Source: a virus (taxonomy: Duplodnaviria > Caudoviricetes). Taken from it: a stretch of 59,924 bases of DNA. A model generated the notes under the pieces. The model searched no databases, was not told the DNA's origin, and saw only the letters and a program-made list of their open reading frames with translations. The stretch covers positions 1-59,924 of the IMG/VR virus record IMGVR_UViG_3300020442_000563, one strand, 5' to 3'. Positions 38,001 to 48,000 of the stretch are shown in pieces (the stretch's first letter is position 1; the number at the start of each line of letters is the position of its first letter). Position numbers and translations under genes: made by a program.

Positions 38001-41000
38001 TAACACCTGTTGCATAATACTTAACTTCAGCATAAGTATCAGCAGAATCTTTATCTGCATCAGTTGAACTAGAAGTAAATCTAATAGTTTTTATACCAGT
38101 GGTAAATCTAACTTCATCACCAGCATCGTCATAAAGAACTGTATCAACATTACCAGTCCAAGAAGTATTTTCTCTTGGTGGTTTGCCAGCAGGAATTAGA
38201 AGAATACCACTAGCATTTCCATTCTCATCAGTCTTAATTTCTCCATTAAATGCAGATAGTGAATTACCAGCAATACCAGTATATCTTGCATCAGGAATAA
38301 TCCAACGAGAAACATCCTGACCTTCCATGAAAGCATAGACTTTCGTGTTTGGTTTTAGACGATTGATTACATACTTAACAGGAATGCTTCTTGCAAAGAA
38401 TGATAGAGACGTTGCAACAACATTAGATCCAACACCCTTAGTATTGATACCTTTACCTACTTCATTGTTTTCTGGACTAATATTTGAAGAACTTCCAACA
38501 GAAGCATTGGTAACACTAGATTCTGATAGACTAGTATTTGTCTCAGCAAAAGATCCAATGTTAAAGAATGCTCTGTTTGCACCAATCCAGTTAACTTTGT
38601 AAGAACTGTATAGACTAGAAAGTGAATCTCTAACAGTGCTCTTCGCTAGGAAGATAGAATATAGATTAGTGTTATTATCTTTTACTAATGGAGCAGTGGT
38701 ATTGTCATACCAAGAATCTGCGTTAGGACCGATAAATGAATCACCAACGTACTGAAGTACAACAAATGGATTGGGGTTGATTGTCTTGGTAGCAAAATCA
38801 TTACCAAGCATTTTCAATTCTGAATATGGAAGTGTTACACGATCTCCACTTCTCTTATAACCAGCATTTGTTCTTTGGTCATCTCTTGTATAGACTTCTT
38901 CCAATACAAGTGAATCTTCTTTAGATTGTGCTCTTAGAACAGACTGTTGTGTGTCAATAGCACACTTATAGTCATCAGATCTTAAAGATCCAATTTTATG
39001 TGCCTCAAAGTTATCAACAATGAAACCACTCTTATAACGATTGTTACCATCAGCATCAATAATTTCCATATTGAGTGCTTGCTGCTCTAGAATACTAAGT
39101 GTGGTGTAGTATTCAAGACGTTCAATACGCTTCTCCAATTTACCAATGTCACGCATTGTGTAACGCTTATTGTCAACTGGATTGATTCTTACATCTTTAT
39201 TAGACTGTGTAAAAGCAGGAATATAAAGATATGCTAGTGCAATAGCATCACTAACAGGATCTGGTTTAGATGGATTTAGAGAAGAGTTACCTTCTTTAAC
39301 GATAAAGTTGCCCTTTTTGTTTAAGAAGACACCATCAATTCTATCAAGATACTGTTTCTGTGTGAATGAGAATGTAAATTCAAGACTAGAATCAGGAGCA
39401 GGAGTGCTAGAGACAACACCACCACTACCAGAGAAAGATCTTGTATTAGATGCACCTAGAAGAGTAGCATTGGTTGTAGGACTATTCTGGAAACCAGAAA
39501 TGATAGCATTGCTATCAACTTTAGGTCTAAAGTCAATAACATCACCTAGACTGACATTTCCTAGTGCAGGAGAATTGAATTTAGGAATCTCACTTGCTGG
39601 AACACCTGCTTCATGCAAGTAAGAATCTACCACACAGAAATCACCTGCTGTATGCTCAAAATAATCAAAAGCAATTACAAGTTTACCTGAAGGAACATCT
39701 GCACCTGCTTTTAAAATAATTCTAGAAACATCATACAAAGTGTCTCTTTGACCATCATCAAATGTAAATCTGTTTGTAACATCAGTACCACTAACTAGAG
39801 TACCATTCTTATCTACGACAGGTGCATCAGAAGATGTACCCATGTAAACATATCTTAGTTTGTATGCATCAGCATATGAGGATACAGTTGTAGCAGTAGT
39901 ATCGTAGTCTGTACCACGAATAGGAATTACTCTATCACCAACAGAATCTACTACAACTCTCTTGTTTTCAATAGATGTCTTAAGTCTTGGTTTTGCATTA
40001 GTTACTTCTAATGTAGCAGTCAACTTAAGTTTGGGGAAAACTGTGTAAGTTGAAGAGGCAGGACCGAAGTAATTATCTGGGAGGTTTAGTGTTACACTAC
40101 CAGAAGTTAAACCACTAGCAGCATCAACAGAAGCAGCAATGTTTACTTGTTCTGATGTGATATAAATTACATCACCCTTAGCAATCTTAGATGTGCCAGA
40201 GGTAGTGCCAGGATCAAGAACTGTAATTAGGAAGTTGCTTTCAGTAAATGACACAAAACGTTGTGTTCCATATTCTAGTTGTGCAGCAAAAGCAAATCCA
40301 CCGTTAGTCAATCCACTACCACTACTTACAAAATCTCTTCTTAAGAAATAAGAGATCTTGGAGTCATCAGAATTTGCAACTAGTGAACTAATTTGGTTAG
40401 TCCCTGTTTTAAATAAAAGAGTTCCTGAGTTAAAGTTTTTAATAGTAGGACGAACTCTAACCACACTAGTATTAGTTACAGTAGCAGGTAGAGATCTGTC
40501 TAGATAAATTCTAGATTTTAATACACCAGAAGATTGAGTTGCTTGTTGAACAATAGCACGGATAGTAGTGTCAGTTGTATCTGCAAACTGAATTAGGTCT
40601 CCCTGCTGCAAGAACTTAGATGTATCACCACCAAATCCATTACATTCAATATATTTCTTACCAAGTTCTCCACTAAATGTGAAGTCTGTTACTGCTTTAA
40701 CTTCAGCATACTTTTCTCTATTGACTTCAATATCAGATGTATATGTATTGGCATTACCAGAACCAAACTCACAGAAGAATGACTTAACATTCTGTGGAGT
40801 GAAGGTTACTACAGAATCTCTTGCAAGAACTGGGATAACAACAGCACCAGAACCCGCACCACCACTAGGATTAACTACAGTGACAATAGGAGGTCTTGAG
40901 TATTCAGTGCTAACAAGATCTCTGTTTACAATATTTGCACTGATAACTTTGTTGCCTGATAGAGCAAGATTTACTTTGGAAATATCAAAATCAACACCAT

Positions 41001-43284
41001 CAATTCTTAACTTTGTTCCTGCATTATAGTTGTTACCTCTAGCAGCAACAATGAAATGAGAAATAGTGTTATCTTTACGAATTCTTAGGGTGTTGTTGCC
41101 CTCATCTCTAATTGGTTCACCTGATTGGAAAGTTCCAAACAAGGTCTTAACCATCAAAGTTTTGTTTGTGGAGAATGCTGTATCTGTTGCACCTTCCACT
41201 ACACCGTAAGCACCACTTACTAGACCGTATACATACTGACCATAAGTAAATGTACCTGTAGTAATTGGTTGATCTAGTACAATTTTCGTGAAGAATTGTG
41301 GATCAAAATATGATAATCCAAAAGTTGTATTGTATACAGGATCTCCATTGGATTGTCTTCCCTTAGATACTACTACATCAGTATCTGTATCAAAACCAGA
41401 ACCTTTCTCTACAAGAGTCACATTACTTGGTTTAGCAATACCAATTATAGGTGTAATAGTTTCGTTATAATCAACAATAGTTGCAAATTCTGTAGAAGAA
41501 GAATTCTTAGCATCATTCTCACTTAAGAATACTCTTCTATTAAAACTAGTCTCTCCATTATCATATTCAATGAAGAACTCATCCAAATAGTTCTTCTTAC
41601 CACTTAGAGTAACTTCAAAGAAAGTATTTGCTGTATTAGAGTCTACTTCAACTCTGTTTACAATTGACAATGCGATAACAGAAACATTATCAACTACTGA
41701 AGGTGCTCCACTATTAGTTCTACTAACAACAAACCAAAGATTTGAAATTGCACCTAATTTAGAATCATTATCAGTAGTTGCATTACCACCAATATTATCA
41801 ATGTTAATGCTACTATCAATTTTGAGGTATACTGTCTTTAGACCAATGTCAATACCAAAATACTTACCACGACGATCTGTAGTTTGCTTGAGTGCAGTTA
41901 CAGTCTCAGTATTGTTTAGACCAATAGAACCATCATTGAAGTTGGAACAGAGGAATACATTTGGATATACAGTTAGGTCAGCACCTTCTGCATTTAGGGG
42001 AACTGTACCAAAAGTATTGTTAACCCTATAGGTTGGTAAACCAGAAGTTTGTAAACGAACATCAGATCTATCAAGTGTTTCTCTTGCTTTGCCTAGAGTT
42101 AAATATTTTGTTTCTTTATTAACAATCTCAAAACCTTTTACATATGCTTTGCCAGGTCCGATACTTGCAACTAGTTTGTCAGATGCTTCACTGGTAGTAA
42201 AACCATTTACTAAACCAAAAACATCAGCAGAGTAAACACCTAGATTGCCATTGTTTTGATAAAACTCTCTAACATCAATAGAGAAGTCATCAACAACATA
42301 ATCACCAGACTCATCAAAAGTTCTTCTTGCTAAAGTTTGCTCAAGAAGATTATAGTCTGTTTGTACTACTTGACTCTGTACAGAACCAGACTTAATTGTT
42401 AATAGTTGAATAAAATTCTTATCGGTTGTCGCAGTATATGCGAAGTTAACTAGAGATAGAGAAATCTTTAGTCTGTCAGCACCAGGCGCACTGAAGTTGG
42501 TAGAACCAATAGCATTATCATATAGAGACTCATCTGTCTCAGATGAGACAATAGTTTCTTCAATTTTAAAACCTACTTTTGCTGAAGGCTTATCATAGTA
42601 AGGATCAATAACCTTGAGTTGAGATGCGTTTCTTACAAAATACCCATTGACAAAATAAATTCCTTCTTCCACCTTTACAGCAGAAGCAAATCCCATTGCA
42701 TCACTAACTAATGATGCTGTTGCACCTGTATCAGGATTAGTAACATCAATACTGGTTGGCAAGACACTGCCATCAGTACCAACAACTAAAAGAGGTGTGT
42801 TAACACCATCTACAACTTCTAGTGTCTCACCTTGTCTAAAAGTTTCTTCGTTGCCAGCGTTACCACTGTTTACATAATTGACATAAACAACATCTGAAGT
42901 TGTTTCTGTTGCTTTTGTTGCCTCAACTACACTAGCAACAACGCCAGATGTGATACCTTTTAACTGTTGTCCTTTCAGTAAGGTTATGTCATATTTTTTG
43001 TAAACTATATTCCCATCAACATTGGTAGGAATTTCTGTTACTGAAGATAGTTTAACAAAGTTAAGTTTAGTATTAAGAGCGACTTCACCTGGTATTACCA
43101 GTTCACCTTGTTTAAAGGCATATTTACCAAAACTCTCAATCTGATTCTGAAGAGAAGACTGTAACTGGGTTAACTCTCTCGCTTGGATAGAATAGCCAGG
43201 GCGAAAGAGCACCTTGTAGAAGTTCTTATCCTGTGCAAAATCGTCGTAGTATGGGGCTACATTAAGGTTCGTCTTCTGAGGCAT
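35086..43284 (-). CDS. VrlC-like / DUF4815-type large baseplate-associated protein
   Basis: TNLNVAPYYDDF..KVLFRPG..QARELTQLQ; RYTMRDIGKLEKRI..LEYYT; position after g8. Confidence 0.88.
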   Translation of the reverse strand: MPQKTNLNVAPYYDDFAQDKNFYKVLFRPGYSIQARELTQLQSSLQNQIESFGKYAFKQGELVIPGEVALNTKLNFVKLSSVTEIPTNVDGNIVYKKYDITLLKGQQLKGITSGVVASVVEATKATETTSDVVYVNYVNSGNAGNEETFRQGETLEVVDGVNTPLLVVGTDGSVLPTSIDVTNPDTGATASLVSDAMGFASAVKVEEGIYFVNGYFVRNASQLKVIDPYYDKPSAKVGFKIEETIVSSETDESLYDNAIGSTNFSAPGADRLKISLSLVNFAYTATTDKNFIQLLTIKSGSVQSQVVQTDYNLLEQTLARRTFDESGDYVVDDFSIDVREFYQNNGNLGVYSADVFGLVNGFTTSEASDKLVASIGPGKAYVKGFEIVNKETKYLTLGKARETLDRSDVRLQTSGLPTYRVNNTFGTVPLNAEGADLTVYPNVFLCSNFNDGSIGLNNTETVTALKQTTDRRGKYFGIDIGLKTVYLKIDSSINIDNIGGNATTDNDSKLGAISNLWFVVSRTNSGAPSVVDNVSVIALSIVNRVEVDSNTANTFFEVTLSGKKNYLDEFFIEYDNGETSFNRRVFLSENDAKNSSSTEFATIVDYNETITPIIGIAKPSNVTLVEKGSGFDTDTDVVVSKGRQSNGDPVYNTTFGLSYFDPQFFTKIVLDQPITTGTFTYGQYVYGLVSGAYGVVEGATDTAFSTNKTLMVKTLFGTFQSGEPIRDEGNNTLRIRKDNTISHFIVAARGNNYNAGTKLRIDGVDFDISKVNLALSGNKVISANIVNRDLVSTEYSRPPIVTVVNPSGGAGSGAVVIPVLARDSVVTFTPQNVKSFFCEFGSGNANTYTSDIEVNREKYAEVKAVTDFTFSGELGKKYIECNGFGGDTSKFLQQGDLIQFADTTDTTIRAIVQQATQSSGVLKSRIYLDRSLPATVTNTSVVRVRPTIKNFNSGTLLFKTGTNQISSLVANSDDSKISYFLRRDFVSSGSGLTNGGFAFAAQLEYGTQRFVSFTESNFLITVLDPGTTSGTSKIAKGDVIYITSEQVNIAASVDAASGLTSGSVTLNLPDNYFGPASSTYTVFPKLKLTATLEVTNAKPRLKTSIENKRVVVDSVGDRVIPIRGTDYDTTATTVSSYADAYKLRYVYMGTSSDAPVVDKNGTLVSGTDVTNRFTFDDGQRDTLYDVSRIILKAGADVPSGKLVIAFDYFEHTAGDFCVVDSYLHEAGVPASEIPKFNSPALGNVSLGDVIDFRPKVDSNAIISGFQNSPTTNATLLGASNTRSFSGSGGVVSSTPAPDSSLEFTFSFTQKQYLDRIDGVFLNKKGNFIVKEGNSSLNPSKPDPVSDAIALAYLYIPAFTQSNKDVRINPVDNKRYTMRDIGKLEKRIERLEYYTTLSILEQQALNMEIIDADGNNRYKSGFIVDNFEAHKIGSLRSDDYKCAIDTQQSVLRAQSKEDSLVLEEVYTRDDQRTNAGYKRSGDRVTLPYSELKMLGNDFATKTINPNPFVVLQYVGDSFIGPNADSWYDNTTAPLVKDNNTNLYSIFLAKSTVRDSLSSLYSSYKVNWIGANRAFFNIGSFAETNTSLSESSVTNASVGSSSNISPENNEVGKGINTKGVGSNVVATSLSFFARSIPVKYVINRLKPNTKVYAFMEGQDVSRWIIPDARYTGIAGNSLSAFNGEIKTDENGNASGILLIPAGKPPRENTSWTGNVDTVLYDDAGDEVRFTTGIKTIRFTSSSTDADKDSADTYAEVKYYATGVIPDNPSSIVSTSPAFFKANEGTQLTDSNTSNPIRPNPLAQTFKVENFDGGVFATGVDLFFNAKSDDIPIRVYLTDVQNSKPGKNIVPGTQKVLCPETYLRVVASANLSITQGEKVTGSVSNASGPISKVYDKNKLEVTPSSSGIFSLTSDQVYTLVLSNHTGVSFQQDEDLKVPSLTLANNTNNTANTLKIAKDSGRVTGLKVTNTGSSYDSAIVSIESPQLPGGGTATATVRVGGGKVYHTEVVLSGSEYTEPPAVVIAGTGTGNAGAVISSSITIDSPAVRMGVAIDDATNNTVNSTTATNFAFDYPVYLENDTEYALVLETDSVDYLVWASKLGETEIATSTTVTTQPALGSLFKSQNTNAWTEDLFEDLKFTIKRAKFDVSRTASLLLTNEELGYERLDSNPIETNASANTGATSSLFKNNNFKVKVNHFDNGFEDSGNSYVFFKSASDVGGVTATKLNSELYQVTNSGVDSYVITTSSRASSNAFGGGTNVLATYNRKFEKVHAIVPNLSFTQTKIDTTVKTTNVKPVDDNVGTFTSYSQTEYEKTFLNEDFFFINQKVIASTINESVNNLERSLTYKLDLSSTVDHLSPLVDLSRASLKTISNRVEYPLGKEDRFGRRDQILEFYPVYKFTVTNTHSGTTITTPGTNVQGLDTLTGVASNASGKIVKVDGNEVTVVVKTTNTFQAGETLKFTTQTALNDNGTNKVTVDNASITRVIPSFPNTVAVSTVTGRSPDGFANTYDNTINAAIVLWDSKAGKLTVTNDKQPINNDYTSKATGIANDPFARNSVVGSQATDIFRVDDFLSYEGQSADEAGFIQVSKISYTDGVDFISDIKSKNSSTIAKYVTKEVAIENPATGINVRITANTSDISNIGLLYRIKKSSSQENFEDIEWIYFNGTGLPDVDTLATSENSISGITEKQSSYQELSYSVEDLPEFSSFAVKLVMKSRNPAYVPKIQDIRAVASY

Positions 43285-43316
43285 CTCACGTTATCTCTGA
43301 TTGTTGTCGGGTATGA

Positions 43317-45026
43317 TCAGAATTCAATTACGAGCTTAATGTCCTCAATCTGGTCAGCAGCTCTAGTAATTTGTCTTCTGTTCTCTATGTATACGATATC
43401 TCCAGAGTTAGGTGCGATCTCAGGGGTTGCTTTTCCGTCTGTGAAAGAGATGTCAGCAAGTGCTGTATCTTGGTTTCCATCAATAGGACGTGCAGTAGAT
43501 GATGTAGCACCAGTCACATTATTTGTAGCATGATCAAATGCTAGAACTTTACCATTGTGTGTATGAAGGTCAGGAGATTGGAAATACTTTAAAATACCAT
43601 TGGTTGCATCCCATGAGACAACTCTACCTTTAGCAGTACCACCACTAACAGTTTGTGTAATCTCTTCATCAATGGTATAGTCACCACTACCTGTTAACTT
43701 AAGTGCAGCAGTACCACGTAGAGTACTTGCAGAAGCAACAGTTGTAGTGCCGTAATTATATGGGTCTTGGATAATACCAATACGACGGAAGTCGTTATCT
43801 ACTGGGAAGTCTCCAGAACCTTCTGCATAAGTTAGACGAACGTTCGTCATAACTCTCTTTGCAAAGAACTCAGAAGCGAGATCAGCACCATGACCACCCT
43901 CAGGTGACATAATTACCTCAATAGCACCTGTAGCGTTTGCAGCGACTGTAGCAGCGGTAGATAGAGCAGCATCGGTATATACGTTACCGTTTACTAGGCG
44001 AACATTGCCATAAGTATATCCACTACCAACCGCTTCCATTGTTGCAGCAGTGATAACACCACTACCATTAGTTGTAATCTTAACCTTAGCACCAGCACCA
44101 TCTCCATCAACACCAACATAAAGTGTTGCAGATGTAGGCATATTAGCACCACCGTCCTTAACTACAGCGATATGCACAGCACCATCAACTACAGCAGGAC
44201 CATCATATGTTCCCATTGGAAGGAAATCACTGGATAGGAATGCAATAACGTCAGCAGTACCTAGAGTATACATATACTTCCAGATGTACCCAGTAGCACT
44301 CTCAGTAAAGATGCCATTAGCATATGTACCTTGACCAGCACTAGGTGTAGTCTTAGGTTCATACACAGCGTTAACACCTGTTGCATTAGCAGGAGTTTGA
44401 CCATTGTATAGACACTTGAACACCTCATAGTTGGAGTTCATTACATAATACTTAGATCCAGACAATGAAGCACTACCAAGTGCAGTTTGAGTACCAACTG
44501 CACCACCGCCACCAGGTGTTACTGAGTAGGATGGGCGATACATGTCAAACTTAGGATTAGTTGACAGACTCCAGTTATAACGAGGAGCAACCAGACGAGC
44601 AAATGTAGATGTGATACGTTTAGCAGCAATCAAATCATCATATACGGCAGCTTTCTCAGTTTGATTGTCAATAGGAGCAGGAGGAGCGTCTTCAGTAGCA
44701 AATCTATAGGTGCTCCATTTAGCAGTAGCACTAGATGTGCCTCCTGTAATAGTAGACCCAGATGCGGGAACTGCTGTAGTATTAGTAGTAGCAAGTAGCA
44801 AACTGTTAGGATTTACTTCCTGTACAGTTGCAGAGTAGGTTCCACCATCACTAACAGTTTCTCCAACTTGGAACGTGCCACTCACATTATGAATCTCAAG
44901 ATAAGAGTACCACTTTTGTGGACGACCAACAAAGAAATACATGTTGGTAGGTGACGCTTCGCTAAGCGACTCTAAGAATTGCTTCGCATTGAAGATTCTA
45001 AACTTTTCTGAAATAATAGCTGCCAT
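43317..45026 (-). CDS. g8: baseplate wedge subunit (T4 gp8-like)
   Basis: YYVMNS.Y.VFKCL, GYIWKYMY, GHG, DFRRIGII.DP, SGDIVYIENR..EDIKLVIEF. Confidence 0.92.
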   Translation of the reverse strand: MAAIISEKFRIFNAKQFLESLSEASPTNMYFFVGRPQKWYSYLEIHNVSGTFQVGETVSDGGTYSATVQEVNPNSLLLATTNTTAVPASGSTITGGTSSATAKWSTYRFATEDAPPAPIDNQTEKAAVYDDLIAAKRITSTFARLVAPRYNWSLSTNPKFDMYRPSYSVTPGGGGAVGTQTALGSASLSGSKYYVMNSNYEVFKCLYNGQTPANATGVNAVYEPKTTPSAGQGTYANGIFTESATGYIWKYMYTLGTADVIAFLSSDFLPMGTYDGPAVVDGAVHIAVVKDGGANMPTSATLYVGVDGDGAGAKVKITTNGSGVITAATMEAVGSGYTYGNVRLVNGNVYTDAALSTAATVAANATGAIEVIMSPEGGHGADLASEFFAKRVMTNVRLTYAEGSGDFPVDNDFRRIGIIQDPYNYGTTTVASASTLRGTAALKLTGSGDYTIDEEITQTVSGGTAKGRVVSWDATNGILKYFQSPDLHTHNGKVLAFDHATNNVTGATSSTARPIDGNQDTALADISFTDGKATPEIAPNSGDIVYIENRRQITRAADQIEDIKLVIEF

Positions 45027-45062
45027 TGTCTAAGCTCGTGATTTATAAGACTGAATCTGGTT

Positions 45063-45079
45063 TATTTATACGTATTTAT
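45063..45079 (-). promoter_or_regulatory. tandem late promoters (ATAAATA and TATAAATA)
   Basis: Two boxes 10 bp apart upstream of g8. Confidence 0.75.
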
Positions 45080-48000
45080 TACGCACTTCTGAAGAAAGGT
45101 TCGCTGGTGGTATGCGCTTTTGCTGTAGTACCATTCGCACCTCTCGTACATCCCGTAAAACGATCACTCTGTTTACCAGTATAGGTGATCTGTTCTGTTC
45201 CTAATTGTAGAGTTCCCGCTGCGGGGAAATTAGTAGTGTTTTCAACATAAACAATAGTATCACTACTGTTTAGGTTTTGGTTGATTCTTCCTAGGTAATA
45301 ATTTATGCTTGGATAACCAACATTAAATGCATACCCAGCATCAGAAACACCTGAGCCAGGATGATTAGCAAAGTCCTCTAGGTCAAATCCGTATCGTGTA
45401 AATTCATCAATTGTATATGCGGAAACAGATACACCATTATGTAGTATGTTTCCTGTATCCATAAATTTAGCATTCTCCCACATCTGGAAAGAAGGTCTTA
45501 ATGTAATGTTTGCAAATCCAGTAGGGACAGTAGACCAGATCCTATGATCTGTAAATCCAAACTGATAACCAAACACTCTCCAAACCTGAGTTGATAGAGA
45601 TGGTTGAGACTCAATAGATCTATCTAGTTCAATATGAACCTTAACCACTGCATCCGATGTCTTAACGTCAGCAGTTCCTGTGCTTGTAGGGCGGATAAGA
45701 AGTATTTCCTTATTAACAGCAAATGTTGATGCTTGATTGAGTGCAATAGAAGGGAATTCAACTGTTATTAATGTGCTTGCAATTGCAGCAGGTGATAGCA
45801 CCGTAGTAACGATGGCATTACCTATTGGAACTCCACCAACAGTTCTTGTTCTAGTGTATGAACTTTCTGCATTGACAGGACCTGGCGCACCAACACTAGA
45901 GAATTGATTATGTAAAATTAAGTTTACAAAAGAATCAATTTTTCTATTTTGTTTCTTGACTATGTACTGTTTTGCAACAACAACTCTTGGTGCTTGTGTA
46001 TAACCAGTTCCACCATCAGTTATAACAATATCTATTACAGTGCCATTTACAACAATAACTTCTGCTCTGGCACCACCACCTTCTTGGTTCTCAGGAACGA
46101 AGTGTAGTATAGGTGCTTTCTCATAACCAGAATTAGGAATAGATTTATTCCATGTTATAGTGTCAACTGAACCATTTTTTATGGTACAGGATACCGCAAG
46201 ACTAGTTCCTCTTTCATCACCATTATAATTTGTAGTAGCAACTGTACCATAGAAACTTTGTGAAGGATCTGCACCTGGTAAGTAGTTTTTAGGTTCAAAG
46301 TATTGAGGTAACTCATTGATAGTTCTATACTCATTCTCACCATTAATTTTGATGAGATCACCTTTGTTTAGGTTAGCAATACCATTCTTTCTAACATAGA
46401 ATGCTTCATCTGCTTTCTTTGTTCCATACAACCATCTAGATGCATTTCTTTGCATTCTGTAAGTATTATCAAAGTTCTTGACAACACTTGTAGTCTGTGT
46501 TTGAGAGACAGAGATTTCATCACTGAAATCATCTAGTCCAGAGAAGAAGATAGGATCACTATTAACATCTGGATTAAATCCAGCAATTTGTACCTCTAGA
46601 TCATCGCTACTATCAATAACGTAAGATTTTAGACTACCAATAAACTTCTTAATGCCGCCACTCTTCTGATATGCCACCATATCAGTTTCTCTAAACTTAC
46701 TCCACCACTGGGTAAAGTTATCAAAGTCTCCACTGTTGCCAGTAAATTTGATTTTAATTTCGTTAAAGTATTCGCCTCTTTCAAAATCATAGAGTGTAAC
46801 ACTCTGTGATAAATCTCTACCATACAGATAAATTACTTCAACATTATTTGCACTAAAGATATCTCTTGTAAATGTAATTACAGGACCGTTGATTATATAA
46901 GAGTCTTTCTCTCTTTGTAGAACACCATCAATGAATACAAGAGCAAACTGGGGATCTGTTACATTAACAACTTTCTTGTCATCATCTAGAATCAAGAAAG
47001 GTCCGTTAGAAGTAGCAGTATTTTCAATCTGACATCTGATGTAACTACCTACACTGTAAGCAAAGAACTTATCTACTGCTAATACTTCTTGTAGTGACTT
47101 TGTATTTACACTCTGATTCCAAATAGGAGGACTGGTGAAAACAACTTTATTTGGAACAGATGTTCTGTCAATACTATAAGAAGAATCATGTTGAATTACA
47201 CCACCGATGCCAATGAATAGATTTTCATTAGGATCAGTTGATACTCCTGTGCCATCTTCATAATACAATTCAAATATAGTATTCTTACCATCAATATAAT
47301 CAGGATATGAAATAGGAACAGTATTCACACCTCCAGCAAGAGTCTTCTCAATGATCTCACCAAGAGTAGAGATGGCAGATACTACATCTGCACACTTGTT
47401 AGGATCAGGATCAACAATAATGTTGTTATTAATGTATGGAGGAACAGTTGTGTATGTTCCAGTAGGAAGAGTGTTATTGATTGCTAGTTTTGCAAGACCT
47501 ACGAGATGCTTGTATGCCTCTGTAGTCTCTTCTAGTTCACCAATGATATAATCTAGTATATCGTTGTTAAAGTACTTCTCTATGGCGGTAACAGTGTAGT
47601 AATTGCCACCAAATCTTACGTCGTTTGCAATAGCATCAGCAACCAAACCAATATCTCTGTAACACTTAGTTTCTACTTTACCCCAAGTAACATTTGGGAA
47701 TTTGTTTTTGATGTAACCTAGTGTCTCAGACTGTAAGTATTCTCTATTGCGTTCAATCTGATTAGCAGCATCAAGCCACCTACCACTCTTAGAGAAAATA
47801 CTCTTAATCTTTCTAAGATATTTTGCGTTTAAGTTATCATTTTTAAATTGATAGTTTTTACCATAGAACTTAACGCCAGGTATTGCTTGACTATTCTTAG
47901 TTGTAGCACCTAATGGTGGTTGTGCAAAAGTGATATTACTACCAGACACTGTATATGCAACACCTGGTTCTTGGAATATTCCATCAAGTGTAATCATTAA